NCBI GenBank assembly: GCA_903826575.1
Contig: CAIKEU010000101.1
Location: 6,096 to 70,095 of the forward strand
Source: an uncultured bacterium
GTDB lineage: Bacteria; Actinomycetota; Actinomycetes; S36-B12; CAIYMF01
Reading direction: 5' to 3'
Length of the DNA: 64,000 nt
How positions within the stretch are numbered: position 1 is the first letter of the stretch; each line of letters begins with the position of its first letter. The notes beneath the pieces were generated by a model. That model was not told the origin of the DNA and made no database searches. It saw nothing but the letters and a program-made list of their open reading frames with translations. This document shows, in pieces, positions 38,557 through 48,676 of this stretch. The position numbers and the translations under genes are program-made.

Positions 38557-40881
38557 CTACGCGATCGCATCGAGCTCTGGCGCGTTGGCCAGAACTGCGT
38601 CGAGCAGCATTACCGAGCCACTCTTGTCGAGCGGGTCGTTTCCATTTCCGCACTTTGGCGATTGAACACAGGAGGGGCAACCATCTGAGCATTCACATGA
38701 AGCGATGGCATCGCGAGTGGCGCGAAGCCACGTCGCAGCTACCTGAAACCCGCGTTCAGCGAAGCCCGCGCCACCGGGATGTCCGTCGTACACGAAAGAC
38801 GTGAGTCGTCCAGTCTGCTCGTGTAACGCCGTCGAGACGCCGCCGATATCCCAGCGATCGCAGGTGGCCACTAGCGGAAGTAATCCGATCGATGCATGCT
38901 CGGCTGCATGTGCGCATCCGGGTAAGTCGGCGTCGGCTAATCCAATGGATTGGAGTTTCTCCGGGCTTACTGTCCACCACACGGCAGTGGTGTGAAGGTT
39001 TCGCGGTGGTAAGTCAAGAAGTTCTTCACCGAGGACCTCGCCAGTGAGGTAGCGACGTTTCAAGAAGGCGACAACTTGTGAGGAAACGTCCACCTTTCCC
39101 AAGTGGACATCCGCATCGCCCCACTTTTGGTGCTGTTCCTCCGCTGCGATGGTGATGTTCGTTATATCGCGCGCGGTTGTCGTGTAATCAACCTCCTCTC
39201 GATGGACAAGAGCGACGTGATCATCGAGTGAGAGATGGTCCACAAGGTACGTGTTTCCCTGGTGTACGTAAACGGCGCCGCGATGCACGGTCGAGTGGGC
39301 CGCGCCAGGATCGACAGTGCCAAGTAGACGACCTGTTCCATCTTCGACAACCTTGATTACGCCGCCTCCGATCCCGCGAAGATCGGTGAGGTCACTGGCC
39401 CTTTCCGGGCGCGTCCAGAACCAACCGCCAGGTCGTGCCCGAAGTAGTCCGCGGCTGACCAATTCTTCAACCGCAGTACGTGCGGTTGGCCCAAATAGCG
39501 GTAGGTCGGTCTCAGTCAGTGGCGACTCTGCGGCGGCTGCGGCCAAATGTGGAGCCAGCACGTAAATATTGCTGGGATCAAAGACCGTGGCTTCGACCGG
39601 CTGCCCAAAAATGGCGTCGGGATGATGAACGAGGTAGGTATCAAGGGGGTCATCGCGGGCAACCAAAATGCTCAAAGCGGCATCCCCGGATCTGCCGGCT
39701 CGGCCGGCTTGCTGCCATAGCGATGCTCGGGTGCCAGGCCAACCGCACATCAGCACCGTGTCTAGGCCGGTGACATCGATACCAAGTTCGAGCGCGTTAG
39801 TCGCGGCAACACCGAGTAGTTCCCCCGATCGCAGCGAATGCTCTAGCGCGCGACGTTCCTCCGGTAGATATCCGGCTCTATACGCGGCAACGCGACTACT
39901 GAGATCTGGATCGATCTCGGCCAACGTGTCGCGCGTGGTCATCGCTACGGCCTCAACTCCACGACGCGATCGGACAAATGCGAGTGTGCGAGCCCCCTCA
40001 ACGACGAGATCGGTGAGTAGTGAAGCCGTTTCGGCCGTGGCACTGCGCCGCGTCGGTGCGTCGTTCTCCCCACCATGTTCACGAAGAGCCGGCTCCCAAA
40101 GAGCAAAGGTGATCGGACCTCGCGGGGAGGTGTCCTCGGTGACAGCGTGAACCTCTCTACCAATCAGCCGGGTTGCCGTGAGCGCCGGATCTCCTGAAGT
40201 GGCCGAGGCCGCAACAAACGTTGGGTGTGCACCGTAAAGGGCAGCGACCCGCTGGAGGCGCCGCAACACTTGAGCAACGTGTGAACCAAAGACCCCTCGG
40301 TAGACGTGGCACTCGTCGACGATGACATAGGTGAGTGCACGTAAGAACGACGACCAACGTGAATGCCCCGGCAGCAGCGAGCGGTGCAGAAGGTCTGGAT
40401 TGGTCAAGACGTACGAAGCATGTGAACGAATCCAAGTTCGTTCATCCGATGGGGTATCGCCGTCGTACGTGGCGGCACGTAAAGCGTCGATCTCTAGTTC
40501 ACGCAGCGCCCGCAACTGATCATTTGCTAAGGCTTTCGTTGGTGAAAGGTAAAGGACGGTAGCTCCGCGACCATTCGGGGCCCTACTGCCTTCGAGTGTG
40601 GCCGTCAGCGCTGGCATCAAAAAGGCCAGGGACTTTCCGGACGCGGTGCCGGTGGCCACCACGACGTCACGTCCGCTCCAGGCCAATTGGGCGGCGTCCG
40701 CTTGGTGTGCCCACGGGTTCGTGATGCCGCGTCGGCCGAAGGCATCGCGGGCCTCGCCGTCCACCCAGTCAGGCCAGCCCACGGCTGTGCCCATCCGCGC
40801 TGGCAGGGATTCCACGTGCACGAGTCGTTCGGGCGCAACCCCGGTTAACCGACGCAAAAGTGCCTGCGGATCAGAATGCAC
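38557..40881 (-). CDS. DEAD/DEAH helicase with DUF1998 (Rv3649/SftH-like)
   Basis: GTASGKS, DECH and QQAGRAGR motifs; C-terminal CECSDGCPSC...KCGNGN. Confidence 0.93.
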   Translation of the reverse strand: MHSDPQALLRRLTGVAPERLVHVESLPARMGTAVGWPDWVDGEARDAFGRRGITNPWAHQADAAQLAWSGRDVVVATGTASGKSLAFLMPALTATLEGSRAPNGRGATVLYLSPTKALANDQLRALRELEIDALRAATYDGDTPSDERTWIRSHASYVLTNPDLLHRSLLPGHSRWSSFLRALTYVIVDECHVYRGVFGSHVAQVLRRLQRVAALYGAHPTFVAASATSGDPALTATRLIGREVHAVTEDTSPRGPITFALWEPALREHGGENDAPTRRSATAETASLLTDLVVEGARTLAFVRSRRGVEAVAMTTRDTLAEIDPDLSSRVAAYRAGYLPEERRALEHSLRSGELLGVAATNALELGIDVTGLDTVLMCGWPGTRASLWQQAGRAGRSGDAALSILVARDDPLDTYLVHHPDAIFGQPVEATVFDPSNIYVLAPHLAAAAAESPLTETDLPLFGPTARTAVEELVSRGLLRARPGGWFWTRPERASDLTDLRGIGGGVIKVVEDGTGRLLGTVDPGAAHSTVHRGAVYVHQGNTYLVDHLSLDDHVALVHREEVDYTTTARDITNITIAAEEQHQKWGDADVHLGKVDVSSQVVAFLKRRYLTGEVLGEELLDLPPRNLHTTAVWWTVSPEKLQSIGLADADLPGCAHAAEHASIGLLPLVATCDRWDIGGVSTALHEQTGRLTSFVYDGHPGGAGFAERGFQVAATWLRATRDAIASCECSDGCPSCVQSPKCGNGNDPLDKSGSVMLLDAVLANAPELDAIA

Positions 40882-40938
40882 CCCTAGATCCTCGCCGACG
40901 GGCGCACTTTTTGCTCAGCGGTGTGTCAGAGTTCAGGT

Positions 40939-41331
40939 GTGGAATTAGATGTCACTACGCGTCAAGAGTCCGGTTGCACCGTCGTCGCGGTCGCAGGTGA
41001 GGTCGATGTATACACCGCGCCCACGCTTGACCAAGCGCTGTCGGCGACGATCGCCGATGGTTGCACGTGTGTTGTCGTCGATTTAACCGGCGTTGATTTC
41101 CTTGATTCAACAGGGTTGTCAGTGCTGGTCAAGGCCCTCAAGCGAATCCGTGAAGCCGATGGCTCACTCGATGTCGTCGTCTCGGCGGATCGCGTTGCCA
41201 AGGTGTTTCGCCTCACCGGTCTCGACAAGGTCATTCCCCTTCATGCGGCACTCGTCGATGCGCTCGAAGGCGATCGCGCCGATGTACCCGCAGCCAATGA
41301 CGACGAATCCATCACCGGTGGGGAAGCCTGA
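40939..41331 (+). CDS. bldG: STAS anti-sigma factor antagonist (BldG-like)
   Basis: GEVDVYTAP, VDFLDSTGL (phosphoacceptor Ser) and FRLTGL motifs; syntenic with the helicase and hppA. Confidence 0.82.
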   Translation: MELDVTTRQESGCTVVAVAGEVDVYTAPTLDQALSATIADGCTCVVVDLTGVDFLDSTGLSVLVKALKRIREADGSLDVVVSADRVAKVFRLTGLDKVIPLHAALVDALEGDRADVPAANDDESITGGEA

Positions 41332-41333
41332 TC

Positions 41334-41696
41334 GTGTCGGGCGCCACGCTGACGATCCCTCCCCTGGCAGAGCACGTCCGGGTTGCGCGAGTCGTAGCGG
41401 TGGCCGCTGCTCGGCGAATTGGCCTCGCGCCCGAACAGCTCGATGACGTTCGACTCGCCGTCGGTGAAGCTGTTTCACGTGCGGTGAGCCGGCATTTAGC
41501 CGGAAATCTTGTCAGGGACATTTCTATCGACATCACCGAGGTGGGCTCCGAGTTCACGATCGTCATCACTGATCATGGTGACGCAGGGCTGCCAGAAACC
41601 GATGATGGAGTGGCATTAGCCCTGATCAGGGCCCTCGCGCCGCAGATGCAACTCCATGGTTCCGTCTTAACCGTGAGCTGGGCTACGGCCGCTTAG
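41334..41696 (+). CDS. Anti-sigma factor / HATPase_c-like protein
   Basis: HVRVARVVA...LDDVRLAVGEA...ITDHG pattern; directly downstream of the STAS gene. ATP-lid motifs look degenerate. Confidence 0.78.
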   Translation: MSGATLTIPPLAEHVRVARVVAVAAARRIGLAPEQLDDVRLAVGEAVSRAVSRHLAGNLVRDISIDITEVGSEFTIVITDHGDAGLPETDDGVALALIRALAPQMQLHGSVLTVSWATAA

Positions 41697-41853
41697 GCTC
41701 GCCAGCTGGCCGGATCGGCCCAAATGTGACCTAAACCGCAGCGGTAATCGCCGCTGTGATGGTGGTCCAGATCACATTTCCCCATAGACTTCGGGCCATT
41801 CGCGGGTTGCTCACTTTGGGCAGACCCCTCTTCGTAAGCCAAGGAGTTCATGC

Positions 41854-44181
41854 ATGTCTTCGTCCCTGATCGCCGCTGTGACGGTCTCCGGAACGAACCA
41901 GACACTCGTCATCATCGTTGCGCTCATTGCGATCGCTGCGCTGGGAGTTGCCTGGGTTCTCGTCCGTGAGGTTCTGTCTGCTGACGAGGGAACCGAGAGT
42001 ATGAAGGAGATCGCGGCTGCCGTTCAAGAAGGCGCGGCCGCATACCTTTCTCGGCAGTTCAAGACCCTCATCCCCTTTGCAGCGCTGGTCTTCTTGGTGC
42101 TGTTCCTACTTCCCGCTGACACCACGTCTGAGAAGATTGGCCGTTCGGCCTTCTTCGTCATTGGTGCACTGTTCTCGGCCATCACCGGTTACACCGGTAT
42201 GTGGTTGGCAGTTCGTGGCAACGTCCGCGTTGCCGCTGCTGCCAACACCACCGGCGAGCAGGACGCAATGCGGATCGCTTTCCGTACCGGTGGAGTAGCT
42301 GGAATGTTCACCGTTGGTCTCGGCCTCTTGGGCGCCGCAATCGTGGTTCTGGTCTACAAAGATCAGGCTCCTACTGTCCTTGAAGGCTTCGGCTTCGGTG
42401 CAGCGCTACTCGCCATGTTCATGCGTGTTGGTGGCGGTATCTTCACCAAGGCCGCTGACGTTGGTGCCGACCTCGTCGGCAAGGTTGAGCAGGGCATCCC
42501 CGAGGACGACCCGCGTAACGCCGCGACGATCGCGGACAACGTTGGTGACAACGTTGGCGACTGTGCCGGCATGGCGGCAGACCTTTTCGAGTCCTACTCC
42601 GTCACTCTCGTTGCCGCGCTGATTCTCGGCAAGGCAGCGTTCGGATCATCTGGTCTTGTGTACCCGCTCTTGGTGCCGGCAATCGGTGTCATCACCGCGG
42701 TCATCGGTATTTTCGCTGTGGCACCGCGTGCCGGCGATCGCTCAGGTATGACTGCGATCAACCGAGGCTTCTTCATCTCGGCCGTGATCTCCGCTGTCCT
42801 CGTGGGAGCAATGACGTGGATCTACCTGCCCGATTCGATGGCGAAGTTCACTGATATCGATCCACTTGCACTCGGACTAACGAATCCGGCTTCGGTTAAC
42901 CCACGAATTCTTGCCATCAGTGCAGTTCTGATCGGAATTGTTCTGGCCGCTGCCATTCAGCAACTGACCGGCTACTTCACGGAAACGGATCGTCGTCCGG
43001 TTGACGACGTTGCAAAGTCGTCACTTACCGGCCCAGCGACCGTCATCCTCAACGGTATTTCAATCGGTCTCGAGTCCGCTGTGTACAGCGCGCTCCTCAT
43101 TGGCGCTGCCGTTTACGGTGCGTATCTCCTCGGTGCAGGCTCGATCACGCTGTCACTGTTCGCCATCGCACTCGCCGGCTGTGGCCTGCTCACGACCGTC
43201 GGCGTCATCGTTTCGATGGATACGTTCGGCCCCGTGTCTGACAACGCTCAGGGCATTGCCGAAATGTCTGGCGACGTTCACGGTGATGGTGCACTCGTCC
43301 TTACCCGCCTCGATGCGGTCGGCAATACGACGAAGGCAATCACCAAGGGCATCGCCATCGCGACGGCAGTCCTTGCGGCTACGGCCCTGTTCGGATCGTT
43401 CCGTGACGCCGTAGTGAGTGCTACCAAGACCGCGATCGACGGTGGCGGAGTCGTTGTACCTGACATTGTCGATCGTGCCCAGTACGGTGCGGATCTCGAC
43501 GTATCGAACCCGCGTAACCTTGTTGGCCTCATCATCGGTGCGGCAGTTGTGTTCTTCTTCTCTGGCCTTGCCATCAACGCGGTATCCCGCGCTGCCGGCG
43601 CGGTCATCTTCGAGGTGCGTCGCCAATTCCGCGAGCACCCCGGAATCATGGAAGGTACCGAGAAGCCGGAGTACGCCAAGGTTGTCGACATCGTTACCCG
43701 CGACTCCCTTCGTGAGCTCGCGACCCCTGGTCTGCTCGCGGTCCTGGCTCCGATTGCCGTTGGCTTCAGCCTCGGTATCGGTGCGCTCGGCTGCTACCTC
43801 GCTGGAACGATTGCCACCGGAACGCTGATGGCCGTCTTCCTGTCGAACTCCGGCGGCGCATGGGATAACGCGAAGAAGTACGTCGAAGATGGCAACTTCG
43901 GTGGCAAGGGCTCTGACGCCCACGCTGCAACTGTCATTGGCGACACTGTTGGTGACCCGTTCAAGGACACCGCGGGTCCGGCTATCAACCCGTTGATCAA
44001 GGTCATGAATCTGGTTGCGCTCCTCATTGCGCCAGCTGCTGTGTCTTTGGCCCTTGGCGGACATACCCTGCTTCGCTGGGGCATTGCCATTGGTGCACTT
44101 GCGATCATCGTCATCTCGACGCTGATCTCAAAGCGTCGTGGCGTCGCTGTGGAAGCCGAAGAAATCGCAGTACCCGTTTAG
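41854..44181 (+). CDS. hppA: Membrane-bound ion-pumping pyrophosphatase (K+-independent H+-PPase type)
   Basis: DVGADLVGKVE, DNVGDNVGD and GNTTKA motifs; many TM helices. Confidence 0.96.
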   Translation: MSSSLIAAVTVSGTNQTLVIIVALIAIAALGVAWVLVREVLSADEGTESMKEIAAAVQEGAAAYLSRQFKTLIPFAALVFLVLFLLPADTTSEKIGRSAFFVIGALFSAITGYTGMWLAVRGNVRVAAAANTTGEQDAMRIAFRTGGVAGMFTVGLGLLGAAIVVLVYKDQAPTVLEGFGFGAALLAMFMRVGGGIFTKAADVGADLVGKVEQGIPEDDPRNAATIADNVGDNVGDCAGMAADLFESYSVTLVAALILGKAAFGSSGLVYPLLVPAIGVITAVIGIFAVAPRAGDRSGMTAINRGFFISAVISAVLVGAMTWIYLPDSMAKFTDIDPLALGLTNPASVNPRILAISAVLIGIVLAAAIQQLTGYFTETDRRPVDDVAKSSLTGPATVILNGISIGLESAVYSALLIGAAVYGAYLLGAGSITLSLFAIALAGCGLLTTVGVIVSMDTFGPVSDNAQGIAEMSGDVHGDGALVLTRLDAVGNTTKAITKGIAIATAVLAATALFGSFRDAVVSATKTAIDGGGVVVPDIVDRAQYGADLDVSNPRNLVGLIIGAAVVFFFSGLAINAVSRAAGAVIFEVRRQFREHPGIMEGTEKPEYAKVVDIVTRDSLRELATPGLLAVLAPIAVGFSLGIGALGCYLAGTIATGTLMAVFLSNSGGAWDNAKKYVEDGNFGGKGSDAHAATVIGDTVGDPFKDTAGPAINPLIKVMNLVALLIAPAAVSLALGGHTLLRWGIAIGALAIIVISTLISKRRGVAVEAEEIAVPV

Positions 44182-44190
44182 TCACGGCTG

Positions 44191-44230
44191 ACTGTGGGCC
44201 CTCGAGGATTCCTCGGGGGCCCACAGTTTT
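44191..44230 (+). terminator. Intrinsic terminator after hppA
   Basis: ACTGTGGGCCCTCGAGG-ATT-CCTCGGGGGCCCACAGT hairpin followed by TTT. Confidence 0.85.
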
Positions 44231-44253
44231 GTGTTCCTGCGCAATCAGGGACC

Positions 44254-45750
44254 ATGACGAGAGAGACTGAAGACATGCTGACACCTGATGATCGACAGAT
44301 CGCTGCGCGTCTACGTCAGACACTGGTGGCCGCTGGGTTCACCGCTGATGGTGTTCTCAACCTGATTGGAGCACAGGCGTACTCGGCCCTGTCCCGCGAT
44401 GAGTTTGTTCCGGCCCGTCGGGCCCTTCGTGGCACCGTGAGTGTGTTGGCTGACCTGGTTCGGCTCTTCGTCATTGACGAAATGATTGACGTCGATCAGT
44501 TGGCGCCCGGCTTTCCCCTAGATGACGTCCGCAGGCTTGGCCTTATCGAAGGTGCTGAACAAATTCACGCCGTTGTAGATGTTCGACCCTATGGCGAGCC
44601 GGATACCGACTGGTACGTCGTTAGTGACCACTCGGCTGGCCGAGGCGCGATGGCTAAGTCTGAGGTCGATCCAGATCACGTCCTAGGTGTTGGCGGGGCC
44701 TCACTTACCTTGGCCCGAATAACTCCACGCAGCCGCGTCACTCGGGCGCTAGATATCGGCACTGGTTGTGGGGTGCAGGCCTTGCACCTGAGCCGACACT
44801 GTGACGAGGTCGTCGCTACGGACAACAATCTGCGCGCCCTGCGTTGTGCGGCATTGAGCGCCGCGTTGTCTGACTGCGAGTGGGATGTGCGGGCGGGATC
44901 GTTCCTTGAACCCGTTGCCGGCGAATCATTCGATCTGATTGTCAGTAACCCACCATTCGTCATATCCCCGGGGCGCCGCTATACGTATCGAGATGCAGGG
45001 TTTCCGGCCGATGATCTGGGTCGGCAACTGGTTGCTGACATTCCGGGCTACTTGAGTCGTGACGGCGTCGCCGTGTTACTCGCCAACTGGCTTCATGTGC
45101 AGGACGAGGACTGGCGTGAACGCGTTACCGAGTGGGTCACGGGAATTGGTTGCTCGGCCTGGATCGCTCAACGCGACGTGCAAGATCCGACGCAATACGT
45201 AGGGCTGTGGCTACGTGATGCAGGGGATGCGGGTTCCGATCAGGACGAGCGATACAACCAGTGGTGTGATGCCCTTGCGTCGTGGCGTACGGAGGCGATC
45301 GGCTTCGGCTGGATTGTCCTGGCTACGTCGGATCGCCCGTGGATTCATGTAGAAGACGTGTCACGGGCGAGCAGGCAACCCACAGGCGCCGAGGTGCTGG
45401 CCACCATGCAGGCGTTAACTGTGTGTGAAACCACCGACGCGCTTGCCTTGTTGTCGAGTCGCCCTCAGATCGCTCAGGGTGTGGTTGTCCGCTCAGAAGA
45501 TCACTACGTCAAATCGGGGAACTGGGCCAGCGGCCCGACGTTGTTATCTACCCCCGAAGGGTGGCGTGAGGACCAATTCTTGGACGTGGTTACCCGCGAA
45601 TTCATCCGCAGATGCGACGGGGAAAGTACCGTCGAGGGACTAGTGGACGACATTGCTGTGGATTTGGCGATGGACCCTGATGACGTGCTGGCTGTCGGCC
45701 TTTTTCGGCTGCGTGAGCTCATTGCTCAAGGGTTCGTGGTGCTGCCATAA
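44254..45750 (+). CDS. Class I SAM-dependent methyltransferase (NPPF type)
   Basis: ALDIGTGCGVQ and VSNPPF motifs; conserved position upstream of topA. Confidence 0.88.
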   Translation: MTRETEDMLTPDDRQIAARLRQTLVAAGFTADGVLNLIGAQAYSALSRDEFVPARRALRGTVSVLADLVRLFVIDEMIDVDQLAPGFPLDDVRRLGLIEGAEQIHAVVDVRPYGEPDTDWYVVSDHSAGRGAMAKSEVDPDHVLGVGGASLTLARITPRSRVTRALDIGTGCGVQALHLSRHCDEVVATDNNLRALRCAALSAALSDCEWDVRAGSFLEPVAGESFDLIVSNPPFVISPGRRYTYRDAGFPADDLGRQLVADIPGYLSRDGVAVLLANWLHVQDEDWRERVTEWVTGIGCSAWIAQRDVQDPTQYVGLWLRDAGDAGSDQDERYNQWCDALASWRTEAIGFGWIVLATSDRPWIHVEDVSRASRQPTGAEVLATMQALTVCETTDALALLSSRPQIAQGVVVRSEDHYVKSGNWASGPTLLSTPEGWREDQFLDVVTREFIRRCDGESTVEGLVDDIAVDLAMDPDDVLAVGLFRLRELIAQGFVVLP

Positions 45751-45913
45751 GCCAGTTTTGCGCAAGCCTGTGACCTGCGACGATACAAACCTATTCGCTA
45801 GGGTTTGACAGAGCACCCCCTAGGGCGGCCAGACTCCGGCACATACGTGTTTTCAGATGATCGGTTACGGTTGCACCATTCACGTCGGTGAATACACCAG
45901 TTAAGGAGAGCTT

Positions 45914-48634
45914 GTGGCTGCTAAGGGCACATCCACGAAAGGTGATGGGGCTGGTACCCGTCGCCTGGTCATTGTGGAATCCCCAGCCAAGGCAAAGACG
46001 ATCCAGGGCTACCTCGGTGACGGTTACGAGGTCGAGGCGTCGGTCGGTCATATCCGCGATCTACCCAAGCGTGCGGCCGATATCCCCGCTCAGTACAAGG
46101 CGGAGTCTTGGTCGCGCCTAGGCGTCGATGTCGATAACGGCTACTCGGCCCTTTACGTGGTGGACGCGGACAAGAAGACCAAGGTCGCTGAGTTGAAGAA
46201 GAAGTTGGCAGATGCCGACGAACTCTTCCTCGCCACCGATGAGGACCGCGAGGGTGAAGCAATTGCGTGGCACCTGCTTGAGGTTCTCAAGCCCAAGGTG
46301 CCGGTTCGCCGGATGGTTTTTCACGAGATCACCAAAGATGCGATCCAACGAGCTGTCGAGGAAACTCGCGACCTCGACACCAGTTTGGTGGACGCGCAAG
46401 AGACGCGACGAATCCTTGACCGCCTGTACGGCTACGAGGTTTCTCCCGTGCTGTGGAAGAAGGTCATGACGGGCCTTTCGGCCGGCCGGGTTCAGTCGGT
46501 GGCTACGCGCTTGGTGGTGGAACGCGAACGCGAACGCATCGCGTTCAGCGCGGCGTCCTACTGGGACATTGAAGGACTTTTCGATCCAGGGGCATTCACG
46601 GCGAATCTCATCGCCGCCGATGGTGCGCGCGTGGCCACGGGTAAAGACTTCTCGCAGCAGGGCCAACTTACTCGTGCGGGTGCGGCGCATCTGTCCGAGT
46701 CTGACGCTACGTCGTTGGCGGCCGGTCTTGTCGCTGCAACGTTCACCGTTCGGTCGGTCGAGGATAAGCCCTACCGTCGCTCACCGGCCGCGCCGTTCAT
46801 GACGTCAACTCTTCAGCAAGAGGCCAGCCGCAAACTTCGCTGGGGTGCGCAACGCACAATGCGTGTGGCACAGGGCTTGTACGAGCGTGGCTTCATCACA
46901 TACATGCGTACAGACTCGACGACGTTGTCCGAATCGTCCATGACGGCAGCTCGTTCGCAGGCCGCCACACTGTACGGATCTGATCACGTGAGCGAAGTGC
47001 CCCGTCGCTACGACCGCAAGGTGAAGAACGCGCAAGAGGCGCACGAAGCGATTCGTCCGGCTGGTGATGTGTTCCGCACTCCGGCCGAGGTGGCAGGTGA
47101 GCTTCGCGGTGATGATTTCGCACTATATGACTTGATTTGGAAGCGCACTGTTGCGTCGCAGATGGCTGATGCGCGAGGCCAAACCGCGACCATCAAATTG
47201 GGGGCTGTGTCTACTGACGGGCGCGATGCCGAGTTCTCGGCGAGCGGTACTGTCATTACATTCCGCGGATTCCTTGCCGCATATGAAGAATCAGTGGACG
47301 AGGAAGCCGAGCGTGATGGTGATGATGCTGAGCGTCGACTCCCGCTGTTGGCGGTAGGGGATTCTGTCACTGCCGTCCGTCTCGACCCCGATGGCCACTC
47401 AACGACCCCGCCGGCGCGCTTCACTGAAGCATCGCTGGTTAAGGCTCTGGAAGAGCGTGGTATCGGTCGTCCGTCGACGTACGCCTCAATCATGGGCACG
47501 ATCGTCGATCGTGGCTACGTCGTCAAGCGTGGCTCTGCACTGGTGCCATCCTTCTTGGCCTTTGCGGTAACGCGATTGATGGAAGAGCACTTCACCAGCT
47601 TGGTCGATTACGACTTCACCGCGCGGCTCGAGGAGATCTTGGACACCGTTGCGGCAGGTGACAGCAATCGTGTTGAGGTTCTCGATCGCTTCTACCGCGG
47701 TAGTGGGAACGAAGACTTCGCAGGGTTACACACTCTTGTTACAGGTCTTGGCGATATTGATGCGCGCGAGATTTCATCGTTTCCCATTCGCGACTCGGAT
47801 ATCGTCCTGCGGGTTGGCAAGTACGGCGCGTACATCGAACGCGATGGTGAGAGGGCAAACGTTCCGCCGGAGATTGCGCCTGACGAGCTGACCGCTGAAA
47901 AGGCCGAAGAACTCATGGCTCTGCCGTCGGGCGATCGCGAGCTGGGAATTGATCCGGAAACCGGTCGGATGATCATGGGCAAGTCGGGACGATACGGCCC
48001 GTATGTCACTGAGGTGCTTGAAGAGACGGCGCCAAAGTCGGCAAAGCCGCGCACAGGTTCACTTTTCTCGACCATGAACCTCGACACCGTGGACTTGGAA
48101 CAGGCACTGAAGTTGCTCTCGCTGCCTCGAGTGGTGGGTGCGGATCCGGCTGATGGCGTAGTGATCACGACACAGAACGGTCGATACGGTCCGTACCTCA
48201 CGAAAGACAAAGACTCTCGCTCGCTCCCGGATGAGGACTCAATCTTCTCCCTGACGATTGATGAGGCGCTCGCCATCTTGGCGCAGCCGAAGCAGCGTCG
48301 CGGCCAAGCTGCGGCCAAACCGGCTGTCATAGTTGGCGTCGATCCGTCAACGAACCGAGAGGTTCAACTTAAGGAAGGCCGTTTCGGCCCGTATGTCACC
48401 GACGGTGAAACCAACGCGTCACTTCGACGAGCTGACGACCCTGCAACCATCTCAATAGATCGCGCGGCAGATCTTCTGGCTGAGCGTCGCGCCAAGGATG
48501 CTAGCGATCCTAAGAAAGTCAAGAAGGCAGCGGCCAAGAAGGCAACAGCGAAGAAGGCGCCAGCAAAGAAGACCGCAGTTAAGAAGGCAACAGCGAAGAA
48601 AACCACCGCCAAGAAGGCTGCTGCCAAGGCTTAG
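45914..48634 (+). CDS. topA: DNA topoisomerase I
   Basis: IVESPAKAKT, ATDEDREGE, GFITYMRTDS and HEAIRP motifs; actinobacterial C-terminal repeats. Confidence 0.98.
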   Translation: MAAKGTSTKGDGAGTRRLVIVESPAKAKTIQGYLGDGYEVEASVGHIRDLPKRAADIPAQYKAESWSRLGVDVDNGYSALYVVDADKKTKVAELKKKLADADELFLATDEDREGEAIAWHLLEVLKPKVPVRRMVFHEITKDAIQRAVEETRDLDTSLVDAQETRRILDRLYGYEVSPVLWKKVMTGLSAGRVQSVATRLVVERERERIAFSAASYWDIEGLFDPGAFTANLIAADGARVATGKDFSQQGQLTRAGAAHLSESDATSLAAGLVAATFTVRSVEDKPYRRSPAAPFMTSTLQQEASRKLRWGAQRTMRVAQGLYERGFITYMRTDSTTLSESSMTAARSQAATLYGSDHVSEVPRRYDRKVKNAQEAHEAIRPAGDVFRTPAEVAGELRGDDFALYDLIWKRTVASQMADARGQTATIKLGAVSTDGRDAEFSASGTVITFRGFLAAYEESVDEEAERDGDDAERRLPLLAVGDSVTAVRLDPDGHSTTPPARFTEASLVKALEERGIGRPSTYASIMGTIVDRGYVVKRGSALVPSFLAFAVTRLMEEHFTSLVDYDFTARLEEILDTVAAGDSNRVEVLDRFYRGSGNEDFAGLHTLVTGLGDIDAREISSFPIRDSDIVLRVGKYGAYIERDGERANVPPEIAPDELTAEKAEELMALPSGDRELGIDPETGRMIMGKSGRYGPYVTEVLEETAPKSAKPRTGSLFSTMNLDTVDLEQALKLLSLPRVVGADPADGVVITTQNGRYGPYLTKDKDSRSLPDEDSIFSLTIDEALAILAQPKQRRGQAAAKPAVIVGVDPSTNREVQLKEGRFGPYVTDGETNASLRRADDPATISIDRAADLLAERRAKDASDPKKVKKAAAKKATAKKAPAKKTAVKKATAKKTTAKKAAAKA
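48514..48631 (+). repeat. Lys/Ala-rich pentapeptide repeats in the TopA tail
   Basis: KKAAA KKATA KKAPA KKTAV KKATA KKTTA KKAAA. Confidence 0.85.
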
Positions 48635-48676
48635 TGTTTGTCGCCCGGTTCAACGGGGTGCACTTCTGGAGGATCA

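Noticed and set aside
43153-44064. Long antisense ORF in hppA, and similar ones in yqeY, topA, ssd, tmk and the PSP1 gene
   Set aside because: They lie fully opposite well-supported genes, have no motifs, and are expected from GC-rich codon bias.
48514-48631. Lys-rich repeat as a novelty
   Set aside because: Known feature of actinobacterial TopA C-termini.
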